This document shows positions 48,703 through 57,200 of a DNA stretch of 64,000 nucleotides, one piece after another. A program made the translations under genes and the position numbers. The DNA is from Terriglobales bacterium (lineage in GTDB: Bacteria > Acidobacteriota > Terriglobia > Terriglobales > SCQP01), in assembly GCA_025451775.1 (NCBI GenBank), contig JANWJU010000131.1, positions 1,421 to 65,420 of the forward strand, read 5' to 3'. Under the pieces are notes generated by a model. The model was not told the origin of the DNA. It did no database searches and worked only from the letters and a program-made list of their open reading frames with translations. Each line of letters begins with the position of its first letter. The first letter of the stretch is position 1.

Positions 48703-48789
48703 ATGAGCCTGAATCCTCTCATGCCTGTCTCCTGCCGCTGTCGCGCTTGTGCGTGTTGTCAGTCGGCGGAGGGGTGTGATCTGGGTTAG
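48703..48789 (+). CDS. Putative Cys-rich leader peptide (28 aa, 6 Cys)
   Basis: ATG AGC CTG AAT CCT CTC ATG CCT GTC TCC TGC CGC TGT CGC GCT TGT GCG TGT TGT CAG TCG GCG GAG GGG TGT GAT CTG GGT TAG translates to [28 protein letters not shown]. Five of the six Cys codons are TGT. The stop codon lies inside the antiterminator stem. Confidence 0.55.
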   Translation: MSLNPLMPVSCRCRACACCQSAEGCDLG

Positions 48790-48826
48790 CGGCTCAACCA
48801 AGCTACACAGATTCCCACCCGCCGCC
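48764..48826 (+). promoter_or_regulatory. Putative antiterminator hairpin of the cys leader
   Basis: CGGCGG(48764-69)/CCGCCG(48821-26), GGGTG(48772-76)/CACCC(48816-20), ATCTG(48779-83)/CAGAT(48808-12) and GGTT(48784-87)/AACC(48796-99). Its 3' strand overlaps the terminator 5' arm. Confidence 0.5.
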
Positions 48827-48852
48827 GGCCTAGCACCGGCGGCGGGTTTTTT
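48818..48852 (+). terminator. Intrinsic terminator in the cysD leader
   Basis: CCCGCCGCCGG-cctagca-CCGGCGGCGGG is an 11-bp perfect GC-rich stem followed by TTTTTTATT. It ends 19 nt before the cysD ATG. Confidence 0.8.
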
Positions 48853-48871
48853 ATTGAGAAGAGAGCGAAAG

Positions 48872-49816
48872 ATGGCAACCAGTACGGTCATGGAATCGGC
48901 GGCGGCGGGGGCGGCGGACTCCGGCGCCCATCTGCGCATGCTCGAAGCCGAGAGCATCTACATCCTGCGCGAAACGGTGGCGACGGTCGCCCGGCCAGTG
49001 ATGTTGTACTCAGTGGGCAAGGACTCGACGGTCATGCTGCGCCTGGCGGAGAAGGCGTTTTATCCCGGCCCGATTCCCTTCCCCCTGATGCACATCGACA
49101 CCGGCTACAAGTTCGAGGAGATGATCACCTTCCGCGACGAGCAAGCCCGGCGCGTGGGCGCCCAACTCATCGTCCACACCAACTGGGCCGCCAAGCGCGA
49201 CGGCGCCCACCCCTCCAAGATCGGCACCAAGCGCTGCTGCGGATTGCTCAAGACGCAGGCACTGCTCGATGCCCTGGCCGAGAACGGCTTCGACGCAGCC
49301 TTCGGCGGCGCCCGCCGCGACGAGGAGAAATCCCGCGCCAAGGAGCGCATCTACTCCTTCCGCGACACCGCCGGGCAATGGGATCCGAAGAACCAGCGCC
49401 CCGAGCTCTGGAACCTCTACAACCCCCGCCACCACGACGGCGAGAGCCTGCGCATCTTCCCCCTCTCCAACTGGAGCGAGCTCGACATCTGGCGCTACAT
49501 CGAACGCGAAAGACTCCCCATCGTGCCCCTCTATCTCGCCCAGGAACGGGAGGTCATCCAGCGCGGCAAATCGTTGTTGCTGCCGGAGGAAAAGGGCGTG
49601 GATCCGCAGCCCGGCGAGACCCTCATCAAGGTGCAGTGCCGCATGCGCTCGCTCGGTTGCGCCCCCTGCACCGGGGCCATCCGCTCCAATGCCACCACGG
49701 TCTCGGACATCGTCCGCGAAATGGCTACCTTCCGGCGCTCGGAACGCGAGAACCGCGTCATCGACCACGACGAGGAAGGCTCGATGGAGATCAAAAAGCG
49801 CGAGGGGTACTTCTAA
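48872..49816 (+). CDS. cysD: Sulfate adenylyltransferase subunit 2
   Basis: ..[67 protein letters not shown] is near-collinear with E. coli CysD. Confidence 0.97.
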   Translation: MATSTVMESAAAGAADSGAHLRMLEAESIYILRETVATVARPVMLYSVGKDSTVMLRLAEKAFYPGPIPFPLMHIDTGYKFEEMITFRDEQARRVGAQLIVHTNWAAKRDGAHPSKIGTKRCCGLLKTQALLDALAENGFDAAFGGARRDEEKSRAKERIYSFRDTAGQWDPKNQRPELWNLYNPRHHDGESLRIFPLSNWSELDIWRYIERERLPIVPLYLAQEREVIQRGKSLLLPEEKGVDPQPGETLIKVQCRMRSLGCAPCTGAIRSNATTVSDIVREMATFRRSERENRVIDHDEEGSMEIKKREGYF

Positions 49817-49820
49817 ACTC

Positions 49821-51518
49821 ATGGCCGCCACCGACCTACTCACGCCCACCGCTCTCGGCCTGCTCCGCTTCACCACCTGCGGCAGCGTTGACGACGGCAA
49901 ATCCACCCTCATCGGCCGTCTTCTCCACGACAGCAAATCCATCTACGAGGACCAGATCGAGTCGGTGCGCCGCCGTCCCGGCGGCGCCGCCGCGCAGGGG
50001 ACCGGCGGGCTGGACTTGGCGCTGCTCACCGATGGCCTGCGCGCCGAACGCGAGCAGGGCATCACCATCGATGTCGCCTACCGCTACTTCTCCACCCCCC
50101 GCCGCTCCTTCATCATCGCCGACACGCCCGGCCACGAGCAGTACACCCGCAACATGGCCACCGGCGCTTCCACCGCCGACGCCGCCATCGTGCTGCTCGA
50201 CGCCAGCAAAGGCGTGCTCACCCAATCCCGCCGCCACGCCCACATCGCCCGCCTGCTTGGCATCCCCTGCCTCATCGCCGCCGTCAACAAAATGGACCTC
50301 ATGGACTACCGCCAGGATGTCTTCGAGGCCATCGCCGCCGACTTCCGCGCCTTCGCCGCCCGCCTGGGCTGGCCCCGCGTCTACGCCCTGCCAGTGAGCG
50401 CGCTGGCCGGCGACAACGTCGTCAGCCGCAGCGACTCCATGCCCTGGTTCCAAGGCCCGCCCCTGCTCGAGTACCTGGAGACGGCGCCGCTCGCCGCCGC
50501 CAGCGCCGCCGCGGCCCCGTTCCGCTTTCCGGTGCAGTTGGTGCTGCGCAGTGCGAGCTCTGCCGACCGCGGCGAGTTCTTCCGGGGCTTCGCCGGCGAA
50601 GTGGTCAGTGGCACCGCCCGCCGCGGCGACCCGGTGCGCATCTTCAACGCCGGCACCGCCGACAAAAAGCTTGAGGCCCGCATCGACCGCATCGTCACCC
50701 TGGACGGCGACCTCGAGGCCGCCTCCGCCGGCAGCGCCGTCACCCTCACCCTCGATCGCGAATTGGACATCGGCCGCGGCGACATCCTCGCCCCCGCGGC
50801 CACCAGCGACGCCGCTGCCCTCACCACCGCCCGCCGCGTCCGCGCCCGCCTGGTCTGGATGGACACCACCGCCTCCCAGCCCGGCACCCTCTACTGGCTG
50901 CACCACTCCACCCGCGCCGTCCGCGCCCGCATCGCCCACATCGATCACCGCGTCGACGTCAACACCCTCGAACACCACCCTGCCACCCGCCTCAACGTCA
51001 ACGACATCGCCCAAGTCGAGATCGAGGCCCGCCTGCCGCTCAGCTTCGACCCCTACGAGCAGAACCGGCGCATGGGCGCCTTCATCCTGATTGATCCCGC
51101 CACCAACGCCACCGCCGCCGCCGGCATGATCGACGCCGCCGCCGACGAAGGCAGCGCCGGCGCCGCCCTCACCGAAGAGGATCGCCGCCGCCGCTGGGGC
51201 CATCCCGCCCTCGGCGTTTGGCTGGACGACCGCCTCGACCTCGCCGCCCAACTCGAACGCGCCCTCGATGCCCGCCTCTGGAACGCGGTGCGCGTCGATA
51301 CCTCGGCTTACGGCGCCGCGGAACTCGCCGCCATCGCCGCCGTGCTCCGCTCGGCTGGCGCGGTGGCCGTGTTCGCTGGATCTTCAACCGCCGGTTCCGC
51401 CGATGCCCGCAAGGCCGCCGCTTCCGCTTTTGCCAGCTCGGAATGGTTGACGCCAACCGGCGATTGCGATGCGATCCTCGCCGAACTCGAGGGCCGCGGC
51501 GAGCAGGAGGACCAGTGA
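49821..51518 (+). CDS. cysN: Sulfate adenylyltransferase subunit 1 (GTPase) with a degenerate APS-kinase-like C-terminal extension
   Basis: Motifs GSVDDGKSTLIGRL, DTPGHEQY and NKMD. It has about 125 residues beyond the usual CysN end. This tail aligns loosely to CysC, but DDRLD occupies the place of the P-loop. Confidence 0.93.
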   Translation: MAATDLLTPTALGLLRFTTCGSVDDGKSTLIGRLLHDSKSIYEDQIESVRRRPGGAAAQGTGGLDLALLTDGLRAEREQGITIDVAYRYFSTPRRSFIIADTPGHEQYTRNMATGASTADAAIVLLDASKGVLTQSRRHAHIARLLGIPCLIAAVNKMDLMDYRQDVFEAIAADFRAFAARLGWPRVYALPVSALAGDNVVSRSDSMPWFQGPPLLEYLETAPLAAASAAAAPFRFPVQLVLRSASSADRGEFFRGFAGEVVSGTARRGDPVRIFNAGTADKKLEARIDRIVTLDGDLEAASAGSAVTLTLDRELDIGRGDILAPAATSDAAALTTARRVRARLVWMDTTASQPGTLYWLHHSTRAVRARIAHIDHRVDVNTLEHHPATRLNVNDIAQVEIEARLPLSFDPYEQNRRMGAFILIDPATNATAAAGMIDAAADEGSAGAALTEEDRRRRWGHPALGVWLDDRLDLAAQLERALDARLWNAVRVDTSAYGAAELAAIAAVLRSAGAVAVFAGSSTAGSADARKAAASAFASSEWLTPTGDCDAILAELEGRGEQEDQ

Positions 51519-52267
51519 CCACGAACTCACACGGGAACGCAATGGACGCCACCTCACCCGAGCAGATCATCGCCGCCGTGCTCGCGGCCCACCCCGGCGA
51601 GCCCGCCTGCTTGACCTGCAGCTTCCAGATCGAGGACATGCTGGTGCTCGATCTGTTGCGTGCCCATCAGCCCGGTATCCCGGTGCTGTTTCTCGAAACC
51701 GGCTATCACTTTCCCGAGACCTACGCCTACCGCGACCGCATGACCGCACTCTGGCATTTGAACCTGGTCAACGTCATGCCCGATTACACCGTGGCCGAGC
51801 AGGAAGCCGAACACGGCCGGCTCTACCGCACGGACTCGAAACGCTGCTGCCAGCTCCGCAAGGTCGATCCCCTGATGCGCGCGCTGCGACCCTACCGGAC
51901 TTGGTTTACCGGCCTGCGCCGCGTCCAGTCGCCCAGCCGCAGGAACCTTGCCGTGAGCGAAATCCACGTTCTGCCCACCGGCGAAAGCCTGCGCAAGATC
52001 AGCCCGCTGGCGCTGTGGGATGACAAAGAGCTCTGGCGTGCCGCCCACGCCCGTGGCATCGAAGCCTTGCCGCTCTACGCCCAGGGCTATACCAGCATCG
52101 GCTGCGCGCCCTGCACCGCTATCCCCGCCGCCGGCGCCGATCCCCGCTCGGGACGTTGGGGCGGCGATCATCTCGAGTGCGGCATCCACACCGCCACCGT
52201 TGCGCGCGGCAGCGAATTGGGGGCTGCGTCCCCTCCCCGTGATCCTGGTAACGGAGCGCCTGAGTGA
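51515..52267 (+). CDS. cysH: Adenylyl-sulfate (APS) reductase-type CysH, thioredoxin-dependent
   Basis: ..KRCCQLRKV.., ..SIGCAPCT.. (the CC...CxxC Fe-S signature of APS reductases) and the C-terminal ECGIH. GTG 51515 overlaps the cysN stop. An alternative ATG lies at 51542. Confidence 0.9.
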   Translation: MTTNSHGNAMDATSPEQIIAAVLAAHPGEPACLTCSFQIEDMLVLDLLRAHQPGIPVLFLETGYHFPETYAYRDRMTALWHLNLVNVMPDYTVAEQEAEHGRLYRTDSKRCCQLRKVDPLMRALRPYRTWFTGLRRVQSPSRRNLAVSEIHVLPTGESLRKISPLALWDDKELWRAAHARGIEALPLYAQGYTSIGCAPCTAIPAAGADPRSGRWGGDHLECGIHTATVARGSELGAASPPRDPGNGAPE

Positions 52268-53097
52268 TCGAAATTGCCCTCGGTTTCGTGATCGCCCTCT
52301 CGGTCGGACTCACCGGCCTCGGCGGCGGCAGCTTCACCACGCCCTTGCTGGTCCTGTTTTTAGGTCTGCCCGCCGCCGCCGCCGTGGGCACGGCGCTGGC
52401 TTTTTCCGCCGTGCTGCGCCTGCTCGCCGCCCCCTTTCATCTGCTCGGCCACAACGTCCGCGCCCGCTGCTTCTGGCCGCTGGTCCTGGGCGGATTGCCC
52501 GGCTTGACGCTGGGCATCTATTTTCTGCGGGGCATGCGGGGCGCCGACTGGAGTCCCAAGCTGCTGATCGCCTTGGGCGTGCTGCTGGTCGGCACCGCCT
52601 GTGCCAGCCTCTTTGGCCCCCGCCATTCGCTCGATTCCACCCCCCGCCCGCAAGCACGTGAGAAGCGTAAATCGCACGCTTGGCTGGCGCTATTGGCGCT
52701 ACCGATTGGCATGGAGACCGGCTTCTCCTCGGCCGGCTCGGGCGCGCTGGGCGTGCTGGCCCTGCTCAACTTCTCTGACCTTACCGCCGCCGAGGCCGTG
52801 GGTACCGATCTCGTCTTCGGCAGCGTCCTCGCCGTCGCGGGCGCCGGTTGGTCGGCGGGTTTGGGCCTCACCGCCACCCACCTCCTCACCCGTCTGCTCA
52901 TGGGCGGCGTCCCAGGCGTGCTCATTGGATGCATGCTGGGCAAGCGTCTGCCCGCCCGCCGCCTGCGCGCCCTGGTCATGGGCGCCGTGCTGGTACTGGG
53001 CCTGGGCTTGGTGTGGAGCGGTATCCACAGCTTTGGCGCGCCGCCTGTTGCCCGCCGCACCGCCCCCGCCGGCGGTTTCGCCGCAACGATCCGTTAA
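52264..53097 (+). CDS. TauE/SafE (TSUP, DUF81) family anion permease
   Basis: GTG overlapping the cysH stop (GTGA). 277 aa, about 8 TM, ..GLTGLGGGSFTTPLLV... Confidence 0.85.
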   Translation: MIEIALGFVIALSVGLTGLGGGSFTTPLLVLFLGLPAAAAVGTALAFSAVLRLLAAPFHLLGHNVRARCFWPLVLGGLPGLTLGIYFLRGMRGADWSPKLLIALGVLLVGTACASLFGPRHSLDSTPRPQAREKRKSHAWLALLALPIGMETGFSSAGSGALGVLALLNFSDLTAAEAVGTDLVFGSVLAVAGAGWSAGLGLTATHLLTRLLMGGVPGVLIGCMLGKRLPARRLRALVMGAVLVLGLGLVWSGIHSFGAPPVARRTAPAGGFAATIR

Positions 53098-53174
53098 TGA
53101 GTCGCTGCCCGCGGGCGCGGCCGCCGCGCTCACGGCGAACCGCTCGTGTATCATGAGCCTGATTACCGGAGAAA

Positions 53175-54236
53175 ATGCTCATGAGTCTTCACTGTCTTCG
53201 CTACGCCTCTTTAATCGCCGCCGCTTGGGTCACCATGGCGGTGACGCCGCTCGGCGCGGGGCGGCTGGCGGCGCAATCGCCCGCTGCACCGTCCCCGGTC
53301 CCCGCTCCGGTTTTTCTCTGGCCCAATGGCGCGCCCGGCGCGCCCGCAACCTTGGCCGCGACGCCGCAGGATCAGCCCCGCCTTTATCCGTTCCTCCCGG
53401 CGGCGCGCACCACCACCGCCGCCGTGCTGATTATTCCTGGCGGCGGCTATAGCGGCGTCGCGCTCGACCTGGAAGGCTTCCAGTTCGCACGCTGGCTCAA
53501 CGCCCAGGGCATGGCCGCGTTCGTGCTCGACTATCGCGTCGCGCCTTACCGCTATCCGGTTGAAATCGAAGACGGCATGCAGGCCATGCACCTCATTCGC
53601 GCGCACGCCGCCGCCTACGGCATTGATCCCGCGCGCCTGGGCGTCTGGGGCTCCTCCGCCGGCGGACACTTGGCCTCGACGCTGGGTACGCATTGCGGCG
53701 CCGGTGCCGCACCGCTGCCGCAATTGGAATCACTCGATAACGCCGGCTGCCACCCCGATTTCATGATCCTCACCTACCCGGTCATCACCATGGAACTGCC
53801 GATGACCCATCACGGCTCCCGCAACAATCTTCTTGGTCCGACCCCTGACCCGGCGCTGGTGTCGGCCCTCTCCAACGAAACCCAGGTCACCGCGCAGACC
53901 CCGCCCACCTTCCTGGTGGCCACCACCGGCGACCCTGTCGTGCCCATCGGCAATAGCCTCGCCTTCTACCAGGCGCTGGTGCAGACCCACGTCCCTGCCG
54001 AGATGCACGTGTATGATTTCGCCCGCCACGGCTTCGGCCTCGCCGGCACCACGATTCCCTACTTGACCGATTGGACCGGCCTGCTGCGCAACTGGCTGGT
54101 TCACGTCGACGTGCTGCCCGCCGATGCACCGCCGCCACCTGCTCCGGTGGCCAACGCCAACCCCTCCTGGCCCGCCGGCTTTACCGGCCCCGGTCAGCCC
54201 CGGCCGCGCCGCAGACCCGCCGTTCCTAATAGCTAA
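53175..54236 (+). CDS. Secreted alpha/beta hydrolase (esterase)
   Basis: Signal peptide, ..IIPGGGYSG.. and the nucleophile elbow GSSAGGHL. Confidence 0.85.
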   Translation: MLMSLHCLRYASLIAAAWVTMAVTPLGAGRLAAQSPAAPSPVPAPVFLWPNGAPGAPATLAATPQDQPRLYPFLPAARTTTAAVLIIPGGGYSGVALDLEGFQFARWLNAQGMAAFVLDYRVAPYRYPVEIEDGMQAMHLIRAHAAAYGIDPARLGVWGSSAGGHLASTLGTHCGAGAAPLPQLESLDNAGCHPDFMILTYPVITMELPMTHHGSRNNLLGPTPDPALVSALSNETQVTAQTPPTFLVATTGDPVVPIGNSLAFYQALVQTHVPAEMHVYDFARHGFGLAGTTIPYLTDWTGLLRNWLVHVDVLPADAPPPPAPVANANPSWPAGFTGPGQPRPRRRPAVPNS

Positions 54237-54260
54237 GCGCTAACAGCTAATAGCTTTTCG

Positions 54261-57200
54261 CTATTTTCCATCCCCGCTCAGCCGGCGATAATAGGCTGCC
54301 ACGGCATCCTGATAGCCCGCCGGCGCCGCCTCCGGGACCGTATCGCGGATCTGCCCCGCGCTGCCGGTGTCGTCCAGCTGCTTCCGCACCTGCAGTTCGA
54401 GCGCGTCGGCGGTCGCCAGCAGCTGCTGCCGCGCCTGCTCCACCGCTTGCGGGTTGCCGGGGAAACGGCTGGGATCGAGCGCCTGCATCTGCTTGATGAA
54501 GGCGTCGATCTGTTTCTGCACGGTGGGGTCTTGGGGCAGGTCCGGACGCAGCCGGTTCAGCGCCTCCATATCCTGCTGGATCTCCCGCTGCGTGTCGGCG
54601 GGGTTGGGACCGGCCTGCGGCGCCACCGCCTGACCTTGGATCCGCGTGTTGCCGGTATCGTAGCCGCCGTAGTTGCCACCATTGCGGTTGCCGCCACCAG
54701 CCACGTCCCCGATCCGGCCATCGAGAATACCGCCGTTGCGCCCCAAGTTGCCGTTGGCGCCGGCGATGCGGTTGCCGACCGGGCCGGCGGTGGGATTTCC
54801 CTGCCGGTTGCCGTTGGCGGCGTTCGCACCACCCTGCCCGCCGTTGCGCCCTCCGCCTTGGCCACCACCTTGGCCACCGTTACGCCCGCCGCCACTCTGG
54901 CCGTTCTGCGCGCTCTGCTGGCCCTGGCCACTCTGCTGACCGGCCTGATTCCCAGCTCGGCTCCCGGCTTGGTTCCCACTTTGCCCCTGACCGCTCCGGC
55001 TCAGCCCGCCGGGTTGGAACTGCTGTCCCGCCGGTCCGGAGCGATTGCCCTGATTGCCTTGGTTGCCCGGCTGCCCCGGAGTACCACCGAGCGCGGCAAT
55101 CTGCTGCCGCAACCGCTCGATCTGCGACATGGCCCCGGCCAGCGCGGCGTTCGGCTGATTGGCCGCGCTCGGCGTGAGCGCCTGCTGGGCCTGCCGCAAT
55201 CCATTGGCCAGCGCCTGCAGGTCGCTACTGAGCGTGGTTTCGCTGTCCGGGCTGGCATCGCCGTTGCGCAGCCAGTCCGCGCTGCGCTGCAGCCGCGTGC
55301 CCAGATCCGAGCCGTCGGCGGCGGTGATGGCGTCCCGCAGCTTGGTGCTGGCCCCAGGTTGGGCTCCACTCAGGTCCCGCGCCGCGTTGCGCATCGCCGC
55401 CTCGAGTTGGTCGTAGGCATTCGAGACCTGCTGCCGCTGCTGCACCAGGCTGTCCACCTCCGCCGGGGTGGCTTGTTGCGTGCCCGCCGCATACTTCCGG
55501 ATCTGATCCGCCTGCTGCTTTTGCGTCTGCGCCAGTTGGCCGGCTTCGCCCGCCATCGCCGCCAAACGTTGGTCGGCGTTCTGCCCTTGCATGGCGGCCA
55601 AGGCTTGGCGCGCCTGCCGCAGCGCCGCCGCCGCCTGCGCGGCGTCAGCCGCCGCCTGCGCCGGACTCTGGTTTTGCTGCTCCGACCGCTGCATGGCGGC
55701 GTTCGCCTCCCGCAGCCGGTTCAGCGCCGCCTGCGCCGCTTGCTGTTCGGCCGAGGCCGCGCCCGCGGCTGATGCCGCCGAACTACCGCTGCGCCCACCG
55801 GCGCTCTGGGAACCGGAAGGCGATCCGCTCGACGAACTCGAGGCCGATGCAGACGAACTCTGTCCGCTCTGTCCGCTCTGTCCGCTCTGCCCGCTCTGCC
55901 CGCTCTGGCCGCTTTGGCTATTTTGCTGGTTGAGCATCGACTGCAACTGCTGCTGCAACTGCTCCGCTTCGCGCCGCAGCATATCCTGCTGCCAGCGCTG
56001 TTGCGCGCTCTGCGCCAGATTGTTCCGGTTCTGCGCCAACTGCTGCTGCCGCTGTTCCAGATCATCCAATTTCTTGAGCGTGTCGTTGATCGACTCGGAT
56101 TTCTGCTCCGACGCCGACGCCGTCTGCTGCGTCTCGTACTGGTTCTTCTGCGTATCGAGTTCCAGATCGAAGATGCTCGCCAGATCGCGCGCCGCGCTGC
56201 CTCCTCCTCCGCCGCCACCGCCGCGGGCGCCAAAGGCAACCTGGATCTTCAGGAACGTAGCCTCCGCCTGCAGCAGCGAGCGCAGCGCCTTCTCCTCGTT
56301 GGGAATCGCCGCGCTCCACTTCTCGCCCTTCAAGCTGGTTGCGGCCGGCGACATGGACGCTGCCGCCGCATCCATATCCTTCTGAAAATCGCTAAACGCC
56401 TGGTTCTCGTCCGTCAGCTCCCGCGACTGGATGCGCCCTGACAGCGAGACCGCCTGGTCGTGCAGCGTGGTCTGCGACTCCGACAACAGCCTCGAGGTAT
56501 CGGCCGCGAGCTTGTTCTTGGCCGCCGAGGGGGCGCTGTTGTCGCCCTGCTGCTTAAACGTACCGGCGATGATCTCCTTTTCCCGGTCAACAATCTGGGC
56601 TGCGGTGTTGCCCTGGCCTCCGCCGCCTCCGCCGCCCCCGCCGCCCGCCTGCTGCGATTGCGTGAAATCGCGCTCGAACGGATCCGCCTGGATGAACATC
56701 ATGTCCGAGCGTGCCGGTCCGCGCGCCGTATCCCCGTCGGCGGCGCTGGCGTAGACGCTGACCAGGTCGCCCGGCTTGGCGTGGAAGGACTCGAACGAGA
56801 TCACCGTCTGCCCATCGGCCTTCTTGGCCCCTTGTTGCGGCAGCAACGTGACCGTTTTATCCGGCCCGCCGTTGATGGAGTAGTGCAGCGCAAACTCTTT
56901 CAGCCCGAACTGATCACTCGCTTGGGCCGCGACCGTCACCTCTTCGATCGGGCTGGCGCGGTAGTCGCCTCGGGGACGCACCAACGCCACCTGCGGCGGC
57001 GCCGGCGGCGGCGCGGCCAGGAAATAATCCTCGGAAATGCGCGTGGGCTGGCTCGGATCTTCACCCGCAATCTGCGCGGCCACGTGATAGAGGCCGTCCT
57101 TCTCCATGTCGATGACGCCACGATATTGATTGCCGCCGAGCGGCGCCAGCTTGACCTGCTGCGGGTTGCCGGCGCCGTCGTCGACCACCAGCACGCCGCC

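Noticed and set aside
48764-48815. Partial resemblance to SAM-I (S-box) riboswitch elements: GGCGGAGGG, CAACC and ATTCC in the right order upstream of sulfur-metabolism genes
   Set aside because: I could not find a P1 helix, the GA/AUGA kink-turn, or the P3 partner of GCAACC (no GGUGCC-like strand). The spacing also differs. The Cys-codon ORF plus two-hairpin model explains the region better. An Rfam RF00162 scan would settle it.
55860-55913. The 9-bp repeat as a phase-variation switch
   Set aside because: The unit length is a multiple of three and lies mid-gene, so slippage cannot shift the frame. It is reported only as a length-polymorphism hotspot.
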